In this document: piece after piece, positions 60,123 to 64,000 of the stretch
How positions within the stretch are numbered: the stretch's first letter is position 1
Layout: each line of letters opens with the position of its first letter
Notes under the pieces: model-generated
Seen by the model: the letters and a program-made list of their open reading frames with translations, nothing else
What the model was told of the DNA's origin: nothing
Databases searched by the model: none
Assembly: GCA_013265495.1 (NCBI GenBank)
Contig: MU057999.1
Coordinates: 930,001 to 994,000, forward strand
Direction of reading: 5' to 3'
DNA: 64,000 nt
DNA from: Vicugna vicugna
Lineage: Eukaryota
Position numbers and translations under genes: made by a program

Positions 60123-63100
60123 TAGAATTAACAGATGCCTACTGTCAAAAATTTGAAAACTTAAACATAATAAAGATGTAGGCAAAATAGTACCCATAAT
60201 CCTGTTAGTGTTTTGGTATGTTTGCTTTAACTTGCAGCCTCATTGTCTGGTTCATTATCATTTTGTACCTAACAGTCTAGCCCAAGCATTTTGATGTAAA
60301 ACATCACGAGCCTCCTTTTTAATGGCTGTCCATTTGGCAGTCTACCTTTGGGTATCATATCATATGGAAAACAGTCTTTGCAATGCTGGACATTTGCTTT
60401 GTATCTGCTTTTCATAAAATGATGATACTTAGCACTTGCAAGAACATATTGTACCTGGCTCTCCGTCCGTCTTCTGGGGGCCATGTGTCAGGAAGACTCG
60501 ATCACGTGCTGGCTCACATCCTCCGCGCACTCCCTCGGGCCAGCCCCTGGGCTCGGCACTGCCTGGTCGCTTCTGAAGCAGCCTGATCGAATTGCTGCCA
60601 CAACTCCCACTTTTCAAAGATGAGAACACCAGGATGCAAGGAGATTCAGTGACTGGGACCTGTCTGTGATCGCTGCTCAGTCAGCCAGCGGCCGAGACCC
60701 CTTCGAGGGTGGACGGGGTCATGCGGTCAGGGCTTGGCACCAGCCCGCCCGTGATAGGTGTCCACCAGGGGTGCCCGCTGTCATTTCTATGGTGGGATCT
60801 CCTCTTCTCTGCCTCCTGCTTTCTCCATTTTCCTTCCTGTCCTGTGGCCTAGAGGACAAGGAAGCAGGAAACACACAGTGTCTGCCCAGGGCTATTCCCC
60901 CCGGGGTCTCCCTCACACCACTCCTGTCCCGGCCTAGCGTTCGGTAACCGGGCATTCATAGCCCAGCCATCAGATGCCCACGCCCTGGGGAAAGAGCAGT
61001 GTCACTTGCAAGCCCAGACCAGTGACCATGGTACCAGGAGACCTGCACATCACTGTGGGGCCTCCCAAGCCCCCAGAGGGCAGGCAGCCACCACTGCACA
61101 CAGTAGGGTGAGGCTCCCTCCTGCAGGGCTGCTGCCCATGCTGGCACGCTCACCCCTGGCTGGCCTTCACACCCCTCCTCCTCTTTAGATGGAGAAGTCC
61201 TCCCAGGCCCGCCCCAGAATGCACCGCCCAGCAGGCCTGCGGGCTCCTCGGAGCCTCCAGAAGGGCCTGTCCTAGGCAGAGCTGATGTGATGCTCTGTGT
61301 TCTGCCCCCGAGGCAGCAGGAGACAAACGAAGGTGTGCTGATGGTGCCCCAGGGCACTTCTGAACAAAGGCAGGGCCACATCCAGGCAGACCTGAGATGG
61401 TGACATCAAATCCAGAACTGGGAGAAAGAAGTTAAATTCTGTCTTTCTGTTCTCTTTTGGTCTCATTAGATTTCCAACAGATTTCATGCTTCCAAATGCA
61501 TTTGACACATGGAGATGCTTGAGGTTTCTCTGAGGCTTTGCAGATGGGCAGGAGGGGAGGAGGGAGCTGCCATGTGGTGCTGGGCCCGGCCCTGGGAGCA
61601 AGGCTGCTGGCAAACAGGAGGCCTGTGGAATATAGACTGGGAGAGAGGACATGAGCCCCAGGGGCCATCACCAGGTTGAGAGAACATTCCTGGCAGAGTG
61701 GCAGACCCAGGGTGTCCGCCCCTCCCATGCAGGCTGAGAGAAGGACATGCAGTTATGCAGAATGAAGAGACTGGGAGTCCTCTCTGGACTGGCTCGGTGA
61801 CCCCCAAGGGAGTAATCACTGGGTACCTCGGAGAAGCCATCAGACCCCACGCATGCATGTCGTAGCCACATCCTTCCTGCTGCCTCGAATCCCAGGAGTA
61901 GGCGAGGCAGGGGATGGGGAAGGAGCCAGTGCAGGCTCAGAGGTGTTCTTGCTACACGCGGGGCCTCCAGGGGCCTCGTGCGGTCCAGGGTGTCTCTGGA
62001 GAGAGTCCTTTCCAGCAGGAGTCCCTGAATGAAGAAGGCTATGGGAGAGGCAGCCAAAGAGCAAGAGGCCACAGGCTGGAGGGATCTGGGGGCAGGTGAA
62101 CGGGATGGAGAGCAGGCGCCATGGGCCAGGCCCCGAGCGCCCAGCGTCCGGAGGCTCATTCCTGTCCTACCCCAGTAATAGTACCGCTTGTCTCTCCTTT
62201 ACTTTTCCCTCTGCCCTTCTCTCGCCCCACTTTGTAATTTTCCTCCCCTTTGAGGAGGTTCTGGTATGGCCTACCAGTGGGGTTATCAAGTCCTCCAGAC
62301 CCCAGATCCCCCAACCCCCAGCCCCGTGCGTTCCTTCAGCCTCCCTCCTGGATCCGTGGAGGACCATGGTCCCTGCTGTGCGTTCCTTCTGTGATGCTTG
62401 CCAGCCCCCGCCCCCGTCCTGCCTCGTTTCCCTGAGACTGGGCAGTCTGAGTGCGGGCTGGCTCCCTTGTCCGGCTCTCAGAGGTGTTCTGCCCTCCGCC
62501 CCCTGGGCTTTGGTTACTCTTTCTTCCTTGGAGGTTTTCTGAGTGTAGTGACCACATTTTCCAATCTCAAAGTCAGATTCCTTGATACTGTGCACTTGTA
62601 CATATGCACATGTCTACACATCCAGGTCCGCTGTATATGTTACTGTACATGTGTCGGTAGAGATGCCCCAGATCAGGTCCTTTGCTGCCTTTACTGGAAG
62701 CCCTGATGACCTTGGCTGCGGGGCTGAGCCCCCGCCTGCTCGGGCACTGTGCTTCGTCTTTTAGGGTGCTTCACTTTTAGCTCCCTTCTTTTAGGGAGTT
62801 CATTTTTCTCTCTCAACTGGAAAATTACATTTGATCAGCTGTAGAGAGCAATCAGATACTGAAACATCGGGATTTTGCCCAGGAGGTGGCCCCTCCAAAG
62901 TTGGCATGCGTTCTCTGGGATGAGACGGGACTCATGGGGGACGCATCGGGGCCCCGGGAGCAAGGAGTCAGGCAGCCGGTGGACAGGCACAGATGGGGAG
63001 AGAGAGGAATGAAGCAGCCATAAGGCCCCACCGTGCTGCACGCTGGAGCCCCAAGCTTCTGGGTTTGGGCCGGTGCGTTGTGTCTGCCTCGTTGTCTCCC

Positions 63101-63872
63101 TCACTTGTCTGCTCTTAATCTCACTTGATGAATGTGGCGGAAGGTGAATGAAGTGCCCTCATGGCAGCACTGATGTCCACCCCTCCGCGCTGGGGCGTAC
63201 TGTGAGTGGGAATGGGGGGGGTGGCCTGCCTGGTGGGCAGTGGGCTCCACCCTCCCCTCCTCTCCCCCTCCCCCGCTGCCTGTGGCCCCTCCACGCCCTG
63301 GAGAGTGGAAAGGCCCGGCCACAACAGGGGCTTCCGTGCTAGCTTGTCTTCTCCGCTGCTCCGGATCTCCTGGGCACAGCTCTCCTGCTGGCGCGTAAAC
63401 AGGGTCCAAGCAGCGTCTCTGAGCCTCTGCCCACATCCAGCTCCCAGGAGGGTGTGTGTCAGTCTGCAGCCCTGCAGGTCCTCCCACCACCTACTCAGCC
63501 CATCCTTAGGTGTCAGCCCAGGCTCCAGAACTCCTGAGCCGCTGCTGCCACTTGCCTGCGGCCGGCACCTACGGCTCCACCTGTGCCTTCAGCACCGGCC
63601 ACCCTGCAGCGCCTTTGGCTCAGCTTTGGCCTCTCCTACCTATGTCCAGAGAGTTCTTGTTCCTTTAATGGTTGTGGAAAGGGGCCCATGGTTGTAAGGA
63701 TGTGGGAGGGCTCTTCTCTGCGGGCTCCTGAGACCTTCATATCCCAGGATGCTTCTTAAGACTCCAGTAAGGAGGTGTAGTATGAACCTTCTTCTCAACT
63801 TACGTGAGCACAGGGAGCTACTCTCCTTGGAACAGCCAAGGACACGTCCCCGAGTACAGTTTGGGAGAAGCA

Positions 63873-64000
63873 ATTTTTTTTTATAACTGAAGTTTGGTCT
63901 ATTTACAATGTTGTGTTAATTTCTGGTGCACAGCATAGTGATTCTGTTATACATACATATATATATTCCTTCTCATCTTCTTTTTCATTGTAGGCTATTA
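63873..64000 (-). mobile_element. Young L1 3' end, runs off the window
   Basis: polyT then 'tttacaatgttgtgttaatttctggtgcacagcatagtgattc'. Confidence 0.9.

Noticed and set aside
1..64000. The many 60-194 aa ORFs in the six-frame track as genes or an operon-like system
   Set aside because: They overlap on both strands, often start at non-ATG codons, have the composition of translated non-coding GC-rich DNA and show no recognisable domains. Only the L1-derived ones have identifiable homology.

Overview
Mammalian nuclear DNA, most likely a camelid (camel/alpaca/llama), inferred from two copies of a tRNA-derived SINE matching my recollection of the Camelidae Vic-1 family. The window appears entirely non-coding, either intronic or intergenic. 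I recognise no host protein-coding exon, rRNA, true tRNA gene or CRISPR array. The only ORFs with recognisable homology are decayed LINE-1 ORF2 pieces (15931-16224, 51282-51946, 51928-52119, 33040-33342) and a short hAT transposase remnant. Much of the window is layered transposon debris: MIR, L2, L3, L1M-type and young L1, MaLR/ERVL/ERV1 solo LTRs, and Tigger and hAT MITEs. Repeat-free, CpG-retaining islands between them look like candidate enhancers. The most notable structures are: (1) two independent 5'-inverted (twin-primed) L1 insertions 15 bp apart inside one Charlie1a-like element, one with a ~1.6 kb internal gap, plus a third inverted L1 elsewhere; (2) a MER53 MITE carrying a miR-1302-like hairpin with a duplicated 5' arm; (3) an ERV1 solo LTR with intact TATA and ETS/AP-1 sites but a degraded polyA signal; (4) an apparently chimeric L1 3' end inside a perfect 18-bp TSD; (5) several templated inverted micro-insertions. 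I found no support for a novel multi-gene biological system. Repeat subfamily names come from recalled consensus sequences, not a database search, and boundaries of old repeats are approximate.
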